A stretch of 64,000 nt of DNA from Leucoraja ocellata (taxonomy: Eukaryota): contig JAWMAR010000025.1 of NCBI GenBank assembly GCA_036785375.1, positions 5,146,001-5,210,000 of the forward strand. The letters run 5' to 3'. The notes under the pieces are model-generated. The model searched no databases. It saw nothing but the letters and a program-made list of their open reading frames with translations, and was not told where the DNA came from. The position numbers and the translations under genes are program-made. Shown one piece after another: positions 48,831-61,435 of this stretch (the first letter of the stretch is position 1; every line of letters begins with the position of its first letter).

Positions 48831-50749
48831 ATGTTTCTAAAGTATCTGACCAGTTCTTTATCGTGATAGACACAAAAAGCTGGAGTAACTCAGCGGGACA
48901 GGCAGCATCTCTCTGAAGTTGCTCCAGCTTTTTGTGTCTATCTTGGCTTTAAATTAACATCTGCCGTTCCTTCCTACACAGTTCTTTATCGTTCTCTGCA
49001 TGTGCAAAAAAATGCATGTTCTTTATTGTGGGGGTGACGGTGAATGACAAAGTTACCCCGCTCGTTTGTAATGTTTTGAAAAGCATTTGCCTTTCCTTGA
49101 TCTCAGAAGACACATATTCTGAAAACACATTTATTTGACATTATTGAGTAAAAATTGTGCTTTCCTGCATTGCAGAGCGTTTTTAGTGGCCATGATTCTA
49201 GTTTTTCAGATAAAATACAGACTGTTGTAGATTCTAAGGGCTTCCTGCACTTTTTGTTGTAGTGAAGTTAAATGAAACTCCACTCGCCAACCTAATATTT
49301 CTCAGTCATTTTCTTTTCTCCCATCCACAGTCCCATGCACAGCCTTTAAACAAGTTGAACCAGTCTGATATTCACAACTTGGACAAAGAGAGAGACCATC
49401 TTCCCTGTGCCCCGCCTGCCCCTCTTTCCCTTCCCACTCTCCTCCACCCGTCCCATCTATATCCTTTCCTCTAACTTCACACTTCTCTTTATCTGACAAC
49501 CTTTTTGCTCCTTTTAATCTCAAGAGTCAAGAGTGCTTTATTGTCCTATGTCCCAGATAGAATAATGCAATTCTCACTTGCTGCCTGTTTCCAGCCTTTA
49601 TCTCTCGCCTTTGTCCACCCGTCTGCTCATCAAAAACACCCCTCGCCTGTATCCACTGGCCAGGCTTTGTCCCATCCCCATCTCTTTTCCAGCCTTCTCC
49701 CCTCGACGGCAATCAGTCTGAATAAGAGTCCTGACCCAAAATATCACCTATCCATGTCCTCCAGAGATGCCGCCTGGCAAGACACCACACAGGAGATTAT
49801 TAAACAAAATCAGAGGCATGGTATTTAGAGTAACATGCTTTTCCACTTCTGGAGGAGTTGGAACAGTCTAAACTCTCATTCAGATACCTGCAAAGCACAC
49901 GTCCCTACCCCAATCCCCACTGCTTTTCCTGACAATTAGATTTAGCCCACGTCAGCAGTTTCCAAATGAGATATTCGCAGGTTGGAGTGGTATTGCTGCA
50001 TTCAGTATTGGTCTCTACTGAAATCCTTATTCATGCCAGTTGCCAGCCATCAATAAGTTCCACAGAAGAGAGATTCCAATGCTCAGTAATAGGAGTTGCA
50101 CATTAATATGGTGTAATGTGGATGGATTGGCTAATGAATGGGGAAGAGAGCAGGAATTAGCAAGCCCTTTTCGGGGTGGGAGACCATGACTGGTGGACTG
50201 CTGCTAGGATCCAACTCTTCAAGTTCATGTCAGTAATTTTGAAGAGGGGGATCAAATGTAATATGTATTCCAGCCTGTGAGCAGTGTGGATGCATCGAGG
50301 CTTCGGGGGATATAGATGGGTTAAGTGTATGAACAAGCACAGGCAGGTGGAAAAATAGAAACATGGGCTATTCATTTAAACGGTGTGAGATTGGAAGGTT
50401 TGGTGTTCAAAGATCCTTGAGTGTTCTTCTCAATGTCCTGGGGGCATTTAACCTTTTAACCAGTCTCAGTAAAAACATATCTAGTCATTACTGCTGTTGG
50501 CAAGACCTTGGTGCACTCAGCAATCAGGGATGAGCAATAAATGTAGAACTTACCAGCGATCCTGCATCAGTAATACCAGTAATACCAAATGCAGATTGTA
50601 CATTATGTAAGGACCAAGCCTTTAAAGAAGGGCATCGGCGATGTACTGCTTTGGGATATCCTCTGCTGACGTAAGGAGCACTATCAACACGAGTGCTTTG
50701 CTCAACTCACCACAAATTAAGTTACAATACTACGACCTCCCAAGGTTGA

Positions 50750-51283
50750 AAATATAAGCCACATTTATAGTATTGTGTTCAGCTTTGGACACATGTTATG
50801 GGAATGATGTCGTCAAGCTGGAAAGGGCGCAGAGAAGATTTATGAGGATGTTGCCAGGGCTTGATCCAAAGGGAGAGGTTGAATGGGGTAGGGTTCTATT
50901 CCTTGGCGGGCAGGCGGATGAGGGGTGATCTTATAGAGGTGTACAATAGATTGGGTAAGCAGTCTCTTGCCCAGAGTAGGGGACTCAAGAACCAGAGGTC
51001 ATAGATTTAAACTGAAGGAGGAAAGATTTATTAGGAAACTGAGGGGTAACGTTTTCACGCAAAGGGTGGTGGGTGTATGGAACCAGCTGCCAGAGGAGGT
51101 AGCTGAGGCTGGGACTATTGCAGCGTTGAATAAACATTTAGACAGGTACATGGAAAGGAGAGGTTTAGAGGTATATGGGCCAAATGCAGGCAGGTGGGAC
51201 CAGTGTTGATGGGACATATTGGCTGGTGTGGGCAAGTTGGGCCGAGCGGCCTGTTTCCACGTTATAAGACTTTATGACTATAA
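50750..51283 (+). mobile_element. Older CR1 LINE 3' end immediately upstream of the paqr7 acceptor
   Basis: SRTRGHRFK..FTQRVVGVWNQLP..YGPNAGRWD and tail CCTGTTTCC..TATGACTAT. Confidence 0.88.
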
Positions 51284-51321
51284 CCTAATAAGTTTTTTTT
51301 TTTTTTTTTCTCAAATTGCAG
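51282..51321 (+). other. Branch point, polypyrimidine tract and 3' splice site of the paqr7 coding exon
   Basis: ACCTAAT, T-run, CTCAAATTGCAG|51322, 37 nt before the ATG. Confidence 0.8.
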
Positions 51322-51358
51322 AAACCAGTATTTGTGAGATCTCCAGCATTACGTTGAG

Positions 51359-52417
51359 ATGGCAACGGTTGTGATGGAGCAGATTGGCAGACTCTTCATC
51401 AACATCCAGCAGATCCGTCAGATCCCCAGCCTGGTGGAGCAGTCCATTCCCAGCCTGCCGTGCACGGTGAAGGACTGCGAGGTGCCGCAGATATTCCGGG
51501 AGCCCTACATCCACTCTGGCTACCGGCCCGTTAAGCAGAGCTGGCGCTACTACTTCTTCACCCTGTTCCTGCGGCACAACGAGTCCGTCAACGTCTGGTC
51601 CCACCTCTTCGCCGCGCTGATCGTCCTCCTCAAGCTGCAGGAGTTCTCCCAGACGGTGGACTTCTGGTCAGATCGGCACGCGCTGCCGCTGCTGATCCTC
51701 CTCCTGACCGCCTTCACCTACCTGGCCTGTAGCTCTCTGGCCCACCTTTTGCACGCTCGCTCCGAGCTTGCCCATTACTCCTTTTTCTTCGTGGACTATG
51801 TCGGCGTGGCTATCTATCAGTATGGCAGTGCGTTGGTCCACTACTACTATTCTGCCGAAGAGGAATGGTACCACTTCATCAAGACCTTCTACCTCCCCGC
51901 AGCCACCCTGCTGGCTTGGTTGTCATGTGTCGGATGCTGCTATGCAAAATCCAACGCTAAGCAGCTTCGCCCCATGTCTCGCAAACTCTACCAGGTAGTC
52001 CCGGCAGCACTGGCCTACATGCTGGACATTAGTCCCGTGCTGCACCGGATATACAGCTGCTATTCCTCCAGTTGCACTGACTCTTCCATTTGGTACCATG
52101 AATGCCAGGTCATCTTCTTCCTCATAAGTGCCCACTTCTTCTCTTGTCCCCACCCGGAGAAGTGGCTCCCTGGAAAGTGCGACATTTTCCTGCAGGGGCA
52201 TCAGATTTTCCACGCCTTCATGGTCCTCTGTACCCTGGCCCAGCTGGAAGCCATTCATTTGGACTTTAAGCACAGGCAGCATTTCTATCAGACTTGGCAC
52301 AGCAACTCCACCTGGACTGTGTTGGGCTGTTTTGCCGTGGTCATCTCCTCCAGTGTTATTACGGTGGCTTACATGAGGCACCTCGTCAGAGTCAAACTTG
52401 GCCTCAAGGAGAAATGA
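51359..52417 (+). CDS. paqr7: Membrane progestin receptor alpha (PAQR family member 7), 352 aa, single coding exon
   Basis: N-terminus MATVVMEQIGRLFIN as in fish mPRalpha; PAQR motifs PYIHSGYR, HNESVNVWSH, SSLAH, DYVG, PEKW.PG.CD, HQIFH; multiple TM segments; strong Kozak GAGATGG. Confidence 0.95.
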   Translation: MATVVMEQIGRLFINIQQIRQIPSLVEQSIPSLPCTVKDCEVPQIFREPYIHSGYRPVKQSWRYYFFTLFLRHNESVNVWSHLFAALIVLLKLQEFSQTVDFWSDRHALPLLILLLTAFTYLACSSLAHLLHARSELAHYSFFFVDYVGVAIYQYGSALVHYYYSAEEEWYHFIKTFYLPAATLLAWLSCVGCCYAKSNAKQLRPMSRKLYQVVPAALAYMLDISPVLHRIYSCYSSSCTDSSIWYHECQVIFFLISAHFFSCPHPEKWLPGKCDIFLQGHQIFHAFMVLCTLAQLEAIHLDFKHRQHFYQTWHSNSTWTVLGCFAVVISSSVITVAYMRHLVRVKLGLKEK

Positions 52418-54504
52418 GAATGTAAAGCATCATGGCTGTGCAAGGAATTGTCAACGTAATGCTGAACACCTTACTTCTTTGCATAACATTTAAATTGTAC
52501 ATGGCAAATGTGTGCGGTTAGCACTGGTTCATGCAAAGCAGACCAATTAAGGTCATGGCCCACTGCAGAATACAGTTTGGGTGCTGGTCGACTGTTAACT
52601 TTGGGTATCTTTCTCCATCTCTCTTCTGTTCTGATTTGGATGGAAATGGTAACTTTTTTCTCTTTACACACATGCTGGTCGACCAGCTACCGTTTCCAGC
52701 ATTTATCTCTTTTTGTTTGGGTATTTCTCATTTGCCTTGTTCTCAAACTACCTGCAGTGGGCCAAGACTGGCCATTGGTCGCACCATGACCGGCAACCAA
52801 CCTTAACTATTACCTGTTCATGTAATTTGTCCATATCCACTTGAACCTCACTAATATATATTTTTAATAATATTCACAGTTTACATTGCGATGGTTCTAA
52901 ACTCGAGTGTTGGCTGATGCTGACTATATCATTCACCTTGTGTGCATCAAAAGCTAACATTTTGAAGTGTCGGGACATGACATAGTCACGTTACTATTGC
53001 TGATGTGGAGAGAATACGTGCTATCCACCTGTTTATGGTGGAAATGAAGTACAGCAGCAAAGCTGTTCAGCGAGAATTAATGCATCCAGCAGCCAGAACA
53101 TTTTTAATTATAAGTTCCATTCTGGCGTTTCCTACTCCTCACTGATCAACTAAATAGCATTTGGCTGTTTTCCGTACGTCCACATTTCCTTCTGACAAAT
53201 ATAGAAACCATTTGACCCATCGAGTCCATGTTGACTCTCGGAATAATTCCATTCACCAACAATTTTCTTTTCTCCTGTGAGCTATCCTCGCTTGTCCCCA
53301 TCACGTTCCCCCCCCCCCCCCCCCTTTTTATTACGCACACACACACACACTGGGGGCAGATTACACTGGCCAGGTGACCCACTAACCCTCCTGTTTCAGG
53401 CTGTGGGAATGAATTGGAGCATCCGGTAGAAACTCACGTGGTTACAGGGAAAGCACGCAAACTCCACATCAGCTGGGTCGTTTGACTTGTTTTGGCTGTC
53501 GTGTGTCTTCATTAAGGGCAGGTGGGGTGGAATTGCAAATTTTCAGACTGGACATTTTTAAAGAACTCCCCTGCCCTGCAAATGGTGCCATAGTATATAT
53601 TTTAAATCTGGACAATTCTGACATTCCCCAACACCTCTCTGGTTTGAGAGAGCTGCTGCCTGTCCTGTCTCAATGTTACATATTGCTGTGACAGGTGGTT
53701 GCTGCACGAGAATTCTTGTGCTTTCACGGCCCCAAACTTTCTGGAAGTGAAGGAACACGTGTAATGTTGTGTTTCCCGACTTCAGTTTGTTTTGTGGGAA
53801 TTTGTATGTTTTAGCGACATGCCGTGATTTAAATGCCCCCTGTATAATTTTGGCCATTTGGTGCTCTTCCTCCCGCTGGGGGTGAACTACCTGAAGCACG
53901 CGCCACCTGTCCCATCTGTAACACCGACTGATAAATGGTTGCTTCTAAATGAATGCATCTAGCCAATGAAGGAAAGCTAGACGTTGCAAAATAGGATAAC
54001 AGAAACCTGTGTATGTGCATGGCAGTGTAACAGCTAGCTAGATAATCTAATAACATGGGTTGAGAGATACTTTGACATCAATATCATGGAATCCTTTACA
54101 TCCACCTGAGTTTGCATCACAACCAGAAGATGATGCCCTCAAAAGTCTAGGGTGTCATCCACGTGTGTTTGATGTAATGGGACTTATGATTTCTTGGCTC
54201 AAATAAGAGTGCTACTCACTAAGCCAAGAATGATGAGGTCAGCCTACGATCGGCCAGTGAAGCAGTCTGAAGCCCTATGCTGGATGCACTGCGTTTATTG
54301 ACCACTTGAGATCATTGTTGATGAGGAGTGAGAAGTTACAACTGAATGTCCCCTCATTTCTTCCTCATTGCGTTGCTTTGCAGTAATCCCTCAATGATGT
54401 TGGAAAATGAAGTATGTGGCTGCTCCCCATTTCTTAATCAAGTGGTGTTCTCTCGGGTGGGGTGGACTAAGCCAGCAGAGTTTGTGGAGAAGCATTTTCA
54501 ACAC

Positions 54505-54650
54505 ATGTACCACACAAATAAAATTGTATCCAACGTCTGTCTACGGATCTGTTGTGAAGATTTCTTGTGCTTCATTGAATGTACATCACAGCAACTAGTT
54601 GTGATTAAAATTCTAATGACTTGCTATCTGTTTCTCTGTCCTTGAGTTTG
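54505..54650 (+). terminator. Tandem polyadenylation signals of paqr7 (3'UTR ~2.1 kb)
   Basis: AATAAA 54517-54522 and ATTAAA 54604-54609, each with upstream TGTA and a downstream GT/T-rich tract. Confidence 0.6.
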
Positions 54651-54871
54651 TAGATCGGCTCAAGCCAATAGTACCATAGTTGGGATCAAACCTGGCGCAG
54701 TTATGCAGCAAGTCTACAGCTGCACCACCGTGCCCCCCTCTCATAGAACACTTTCCCCAGGGATGATTATTGGAGAGGTAGAACAGCAATATTTACACTA
54801 ATTTCCACTGCTGCTGCCTGGCCCACTTTGTTCCTCCAGCACTTTTACTCAAGATTCCAGCATCTGCAGTT

Positions 54872-55372
54872 ACATAGAAAATAGGTGCAGGAGTAGGCCA
54901 TTCGACCCTTCGAGCCTGCACCGCCATTCAATATGATCATGGCTGATCATCCAACTCAGTATCCTATACCTTGCCTTCTCTCCATACCCCCTGATCCCTT
55001 TAGCCACAAGGGCCACATCTAACTTCCTCTTAAATATAGCCAATGAATTGCCCTCAACTACCTTCTGTGGTAAAGAATTCCAGAGATTCACCACACTCTG
55101 TGTGACAAATGTTTTTCTCATCTCGGTCTTAAAGGATTTCCCCCTTATCCTTAAACTGTGACCCCTTGTCCTGGACTTCCCCAACATCGGGAACAATCTT
55201 CCTGCATCTAGCCTGTCCAACCCCTTAAGAATTTTGTAAGTTTCTATAAGATCCCCCCTCAATCTTCTAAATTCTAGCGAGTGCAAGCCGAGTTTATCCT
55301 GTCTTTCTTCATATGAAAGTCCTGACATCCTTGGAATCAGTCTGGCGAACCTTCTCTGTACTCCCTCTATGG
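54872..55372 (-). mobile_element. Young CR1 LINE 3' fragment
   Basis: MSGLSYEER..SLEFRRLRGDLIETYKIL..LWNSLP. Confidence 0.92.
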
Positions 55373-55809
55373 CTTATGTCTCCATCTTACTGCTCCACTA
55401 CAAAACCTCTTCAAAGTATGCCTACATTGAATACGTTCTCGCTCTGATGGTAGTTCTGTGAGACTTCTCTCACTGCTTCCCCCTCTGTGATTCCTTCTTC
55501 CCTCCTGCTTTTTAACATATCTGAAGAAGGGTCCTGACTGAAACATTGTCGATCCATTCTGTCCACAGATGCTGCCTGACCAGCAGAGATCTTCCAGTAC
55601 TCTGTGTTCAGCTTTAATCTATCGTGGCTGCACTGATCCTGTTGGACAATGTACAAGGAACATGATGAACGAAAGTAATGAGAACTCAGCACGTGTGGGA
55701 TTATGGTGGATCTTTAGCTGGAGTGTGAACTTCATAATGGCTGCCACATTCCCATACACCAATCCCAACCCACTTGTTATACATTTTGATCAATAATCCC
55801 TTCTGCATA

Positions 55810-56180
55810 GTGTAGGAACGAACTGCAGATGCTCGTTTAACCTGGAGATAGACACAAAAAGCTGGAGTAACTCAGTGGGTCAGACAGCATCTCTGGAGAA
55901 AATGAATAGTTATTGATTTGGGTCAAGACCCTTCTTCAGACTGAAGAAGGTTTTTCTTTAGAAGAGTCTCGATCCGAAACGGCACCCATTCCTTCTCTCC
56001 AGAGATGCTGCCTGTCCCGCTGAGTTACTCCAGCTTTTTGTGTCTGTCTTTGGTTTAAACCAGCATCTGCAGTTCTGAAGAAGAGTTTTGGCTTGAAACG
56101 TTGCCTATTTCCTTCGCTCCATAAATGCTGCTGCACCCGCTGAGTTTCTCCAGCACTTTTGTCTACTTTCTGCAGTTCTC
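55810..56180. mobile_element. Composite Penelope-derived fold-back plus a tandem second unit
   Basis: Inverted arms 55815-56073 followed by CTGAAGAAGAG..GAAACGTT unit of the second subfamily. Confidence 0.7.
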
Positions 56181-58629
56181 TCCTCCACGAGGATTATCCA
56201 TTCATACCACACTGGAATTGGAAATTCTGACTACTGCAATGTAAACACTTTAAAAATCCTGTTTTACAATCCTGTGAAGGGTGGAGTAGCAAATGACAAG
56301 AGAACATGTCACAGAGACATCACAGGAGGTGCGAGTATGACTTCCAGTGACATACCTAACTTAATACACTTTTTTCTTTTCCCACTTATGAATATGATGT
56401 GCAAGTATGTGTTTAGATTGGAGGCTGAAATGAGTTGATTTTCTCAACTGTAGGGTCACACAGACAGGCACACACACACACGCACACAGACAGACAGACA
56501 CACACACACACACACCCATCTGGCCCATGTGCTGATTTGAGTTAAGAGTTGTGTGAGAAAGAAGAAGGAATTGACTGGATATAAAAACTGAACATCCGTC
56601 GGGAAAAAACACAGTTAAACTTAAAGTCTAAGTCCATTTGTCAGAACTGGAAAAGATAATAAAACAAGTTTTAAGTTGCAATGTGGGTGGTGGAGGGAAG
56701 GGCAGGATAAAAGGAATGACTGGTTAGGGTGAGGCTTCTGTAACCATGGCGACAAGGTGTGATAAAGCTATTTGGTTGATAGATTAATGAGGGTGATTAC
56801 AAGGAGGGAATATAAGAAAAGGACATGTCAAATGGTGCCACGCAGGGCTGTAGGTGAACTTCACACAACAGACTATAAGTAGGCATAAATAAATACAGAA
56901 CAGAACAGGTCAGTGTGACCATATACCAATGAATATATATTTACACACATGAATAAACAGATAAAGTGCAAGGAACTGCAGATGCTTGTCACAAACAAAT
57001 AGACAAAGTGTGCACCTGCTGAGTGACTCCAGCACTTTGTGTGTCTGGGTTGTGGGTTCATTGGCTTCTGGACATTGCCCCTAGTATGTCGAAAGCCAGT
57101 GGGATAAAGTAGATCCAATGGGAACAGGTGATCAATTTTCTCCATGGACGAGGTGGGCCGAATGTCCCATTTCCGTGCTGTATGTCTAGGACCAAATACT
57201 TAATCACAAAACCTTATGCCTAAAAATATTTCATCACTGGCATTACTTCACCATTATAAACTGAGGAAACAGGCTTGGCAGAAAGGCATGTATAGTTTTC
57301 ATTGTCTGATGATACCTTTCATCACCTGTATGGTCCTGTGCCGGAATGGACCTGCCACGTGACCGTGCGTATGCCTGAGGTGTTCAATCTTCACCTGACC
57401 TCCTGACACTTGTGCAAATCCCTGCTAGATTTATTCCACCTTGCTCCCCTCCAGGCTTCTATGCACCTCCCACATGCTCACCTATTGTGTTGCATCAGCT
57501 CCCGTTCTAACAAAGTCTCAAGTTCAGAATCCTCACCTGGTTTTCAAGTGCTTCTCTGGCCTTTCTTGAAAGGTATGAGTCACCGGTTTAGCATGGAGTA
57601 TTATTTGCCTCCATGGGTGCAGGGTGACTGCCAAGGCTTGGTAATTGAATGATATTTGCAGTTGCTTGCAAAGGAATGAGAGATGATCTCATTCCATTCC
57701 ATCGAAACAATGTGGTTGAGTTTTTAAATTCCAATGAAACCCCAATCATTTGGCACTACCACAATGTTTAATACTATCACAATGTTTAATAAACATTTGG
57801 TACTATGACAATGTTTCAAAAACATTTGGACAAGTACATGGATAGGATGGGTTTAGAAGGATATGGGTTGAACAGGCAGGTGAGACTAGTGTAGATGGGG
57901 TATGTTGGTCGGTGTGGGCAAGTTGAGCCGAAGGGCCTGTTTCCATGCAGTATGACTGTCAGAGTATAACACACAATGGATTAAAGAACCATGAGCTTAT
58001 CATGGAGAAGGCAAGAGAATGGGGTTGAGCGGGAAAGATAGATCGGCCGTGATTTAATGGTGGAGTATACTTGATGGGAAGAATGGCCTAATTCTGCTCC
58101 TATAACATGAACTATAAACTATATGTTAACAAAAGCAAAGTTAAAATGATTTGTGTTAAGTTTTGTTTTAATTATTTGAGCACTATAGCTGGGCAAGTGG
58201 CTCATGACCATCACTGAAAGACGTCTTGCTTTTGTTGGAGCTACACAAAGAAGACACAGGCTTACATGCTGAAGATAGACACAAAATACTCTAGTAACTT
58301 AGCTGGTCAGGCAGCATCTCTGGAGAAAAGGAATAGATGACGTTTCGGGTTGAGACTAAGTCTGAAGAAAGCAGTCTAAAGAAGTGTCTTGATCCGAAAC
58401 ACCACTTATTCATTTTCTCCACAAATGCTGCCTGTCCCGCTGAGTTACTCCAGCATTTTGTGTCTATTTTTGGTGTAAACCAGCATCTGCAGTTCCTTCC
58501 TGACCCGAATTTAATTAACTGATCTCATCTATGCAATAGTTGGGCAGAATCATTCATTATAATTAAAACAGGAATGTTTTCAGCATTTTCTGTTTTTAAT
58601 TTAGATTTTCATTACAGTAATTTTGGATT

Positions 58630-58925
58630 CAGGTAGAGCTGCCGCCTCCCACTGCCAGACACCCGGCTTCAATTCTGATCTCGGCTGCTGTCTGTGTAGT
58701 TTGCACTTTATTTCTGTAATCACGTGGGTTGCCTCCGGGTGCTCCAGTTCTCCCCCCCCCCCCCCCATCCCAAAAATGTGCATTTTTGTATATTAATTGG
58801 CCTCTGTAAATTGCCCCTGACATGTAGGGAGTGGATGCAACTGTGGATAACATAGTGAACGTGATCGATGGTCAGCATGGACTCAGTGGGACGAAGGGCC
58901 TGTTTCTATGCTGTACTAAACTAAA
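58630..58925 (+). mobile_element. HE1-like SINE (others: 19975-20285 -, 25180-25465 -, 27380-27800 +, 47925-48188 -, 61170-61435 -)
   Basis: tRNA-like head, V-domain, GAAGGGCCTGTTTC..(CTAAA)n tail. Confidence 0.8.
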
Positions 58926-59134
58926 TAATTAATTGAAGTATCATTTGCTTAATGTCAGATATTATACTATTATAACATTAGAATATCATTTTAATGTCAA
59001 TTTCAAATTGCTGGGAGGTGTTGGGGTAAATGGGTTATTCACAGATTGACAAGCAGCAACTGCTGTAGTGCCACAAGGATTAGTGCTGGACCTCAACTAA
59101 TTACACTCTATATTAATGACATAGGTGAATGGGC

Positions 59135-59530
59135 CTCACACCCTTGTAATGGACTGTTCGAACTACTTCCCTCCGGCAGACGTTACAAGGCCTTCTACGC
59201 CCGCACCTCCAGACTCAGGAACAGCTTCATTCCCAGAGCTATAGCGGCTCTGAACTGGCCCTGCTGAGTGCCCCCCCACCCCCACCCCCTGGACTGTCTC
59301 CCTCGGATAGTCACGTCGCACAGACACATCTTCACTTTAGTCTGTTTGAACTGTTTTGACTATTTTACTGTTGCAATGTTCTTTTTACAAACCATGTTCT
59401 CAGGGTATCTAAATCTAAATTTTATTAGTTATATTAGTTATGACATCGGGTGGAAGCTGCATACCAAATCTCGTTGCGCTTATGTGCAATGACAATAAAA
59501 TATATTATTATTATTATTATTATTATTAAT
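59135..59530 (+). mobile_element. Rex1-like LINE 3' fragment (third subfamily)
   Basis: SHPCNGLFELLPSGRRYKAFYARTSRLRNSFIPRAI; tail TCGTTGC..GCAATGACAATAAA(TAT)n. Confidence 0.75.
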
Positions 59531-59567
59531 GTAACCAGGGTGTTGAAGAGACAAAGATAGATTAGAT

Positions 59568-59726
59568 ACAAAATGCTGGAGGAACTCAGCGGGTGAGGCA
59601 GCATCTCTGGAGAAAAGAAATGGGTGACGTTTCGGGTCGAGACCCGAAGGGTCTCGACCCGAAACGTCACCCATTCCTTTTCTCCAGAGATGCTGCTTCA
59701 CTCGCTGAGTTACTCCAGCATTTTGT
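59568..59726. repeat. Near-perfect Penelope-derived hairpin, 78-bp arms, GAA loop
   Basis: Ungapped inverted arms 59568-59645 and 59649-59726. Confidence 0.85.
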
Positions 59727-60317
59727 GACTACCTTTGATTTAAACAGGCACCTGCAGTTCTTTCCTACACAAGATAGATTAGATAAACAGTACATAAGGC
59801 AAATATAAACTATGAGCAGTAAAGTGGAAACGCAAAAGACTGTAAGGCATCTGGACAGGCAACATCTGTGGCGGCAGTATTTCTCTGCACAGAATTTGAT
59901 CAAAGTACACGCAACACCCCATAGTATTGTGCTATTGATACCAACCCATATTTGCCTTTTGTTAATGACTAGTTGGTTATCTGTTACCCTCCCTTCTCTC
60001 TCAAGTCCTGCCTTGTTACAGATCTGAGGGTGGCCACTCCTCGTACAAACTCAAAGCAACCAGCATGCTGCCTGGTGAGACTACTATATTCGCTGAGACT
60101 ACATTGTAGACACATTTTTCTAATGATGTGGTGGGTGTGTTACTGCATATTGATCAACCACAGGAACCTGTTTTAATTGTAGGCTGCCTCTGTCCCATCC
60201 TAACCTCTGCTTACGCATGAAGCCGCTCTCCTGTCAGTGTGGCTCGGGTTAGTTAGTTTGGTGGATAGCTGGAAAAGTCCACTATGCCCAGTAATACGAT
60301 GGTAAGTCCAGTAAGTG

Positions 60318-60541
60318 TGCCCCTGTCCCACTTAGGAAACCTGAACGGAAACCTCTGGAGACTTTGCGCCCCACCCAAGGTTTCCGTGCGGTTCCCGGAG
60401 GTTGCAGGTGGTTGCCGGAGGTTGCAGGTAGTGGAAGCAGGTAGGGAGACTGACAAAAACCTCTGGGAACCGCACGGAAACCTTGGGTGGGGCACAAAGT
60501 CTTCAGAGGTTTCCGTTCAGGTTTCCTAAGTGGGACGGGCA
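60318..60541. mobile_element. Harbinger-type fold-back MITE with ~85-bp TIR arms
   Basis: GCCCCTGTCCCACTTAGGAAACCTGAACGGAAACC.. mirrored at the right end. Confidence 0.8.
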
Positions 60542-61435
60542 TTTACAGTCATGTGGGTAACTGCAAGTAGGACATAGAGCAGTACACATCACAGAAACAG
60601 GCTCGTCAGCCCACAATGTCCCTGCCAACATGATACCAGGTTGAACTTGTCTCCTCTGCCTGCATGTGATCCATATACCTCCATTCCCTCCATCCTCCAT
60701 ATCCACGCACCATTCTAAAACATGCCCCTCTTGTATCTGCTTCCACCACCACCACCACAATCCCTCCTGGCAGCCTAAATAAATGGTGCAAATCCATTGT
60801 ACAATAGCACGCGTCTTGGTTTGTTCAGTGCACGTTGCAGCCCATGAATTTTTTTAAACAGTGGTCACTGTAGTCATTTGTAAGAGCCTTAAAAAAAAAA
60901 GCTATGAAGTAGGAGCTTTGTGATGCAGTTTTACTGCTAGTAGGATTGGTAACCAGGGGACACCGATTTAAGACAATGTGTGAAAAAATTGATTAGAGAA
61001 AAGGAGAATTGTTTCAAGGCACCAAGTTGCTATTATCTACAATAAGCTTTCACAAGCAGATGCGAGTACTTGAGGTAATTAAACCCGGCTAATTGCCAAG
61101 TGCAGAGTGTTCAATAGTTAACAGTTAACGCCCTCCAGTGGCCATTGCCGGCTGAAGCCCTGAGACTAGTTTAGTTTAGTCTTTTAGTTTAGAGATAGTG
61201 TAAAAACAGGCCTTTCGACCCACCAAGTCCACATCGATCAGCGATCCCTGCACACTAACACTATCCTACACACACACACACACACGCACTCTCACACACT
61301 CTCTCACACACACACAGGGCAATTTCCATTTCTACAAAGCCAATTAATCTACAAACTTGTACGTCTTTGGAGTGTGGGTGGAAACATGAGCACCCGGAGA
61401 AAACCCACACAGGTCACAGGGAGAACGTACAAACA

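Noticed and set aside
51923-52381. Antisense ORFs over paqr7
   Set aside because: Expected shadow ORFs of a GC3-rich coding sequence.
57440-57580. Candidate exon with CTCCAG acceptor and AG|GTATGA donor
   Set aside because: Resembles decayed L2 ORF2 (HITP..LHWLP..FKIL region); no recognisable host protein.
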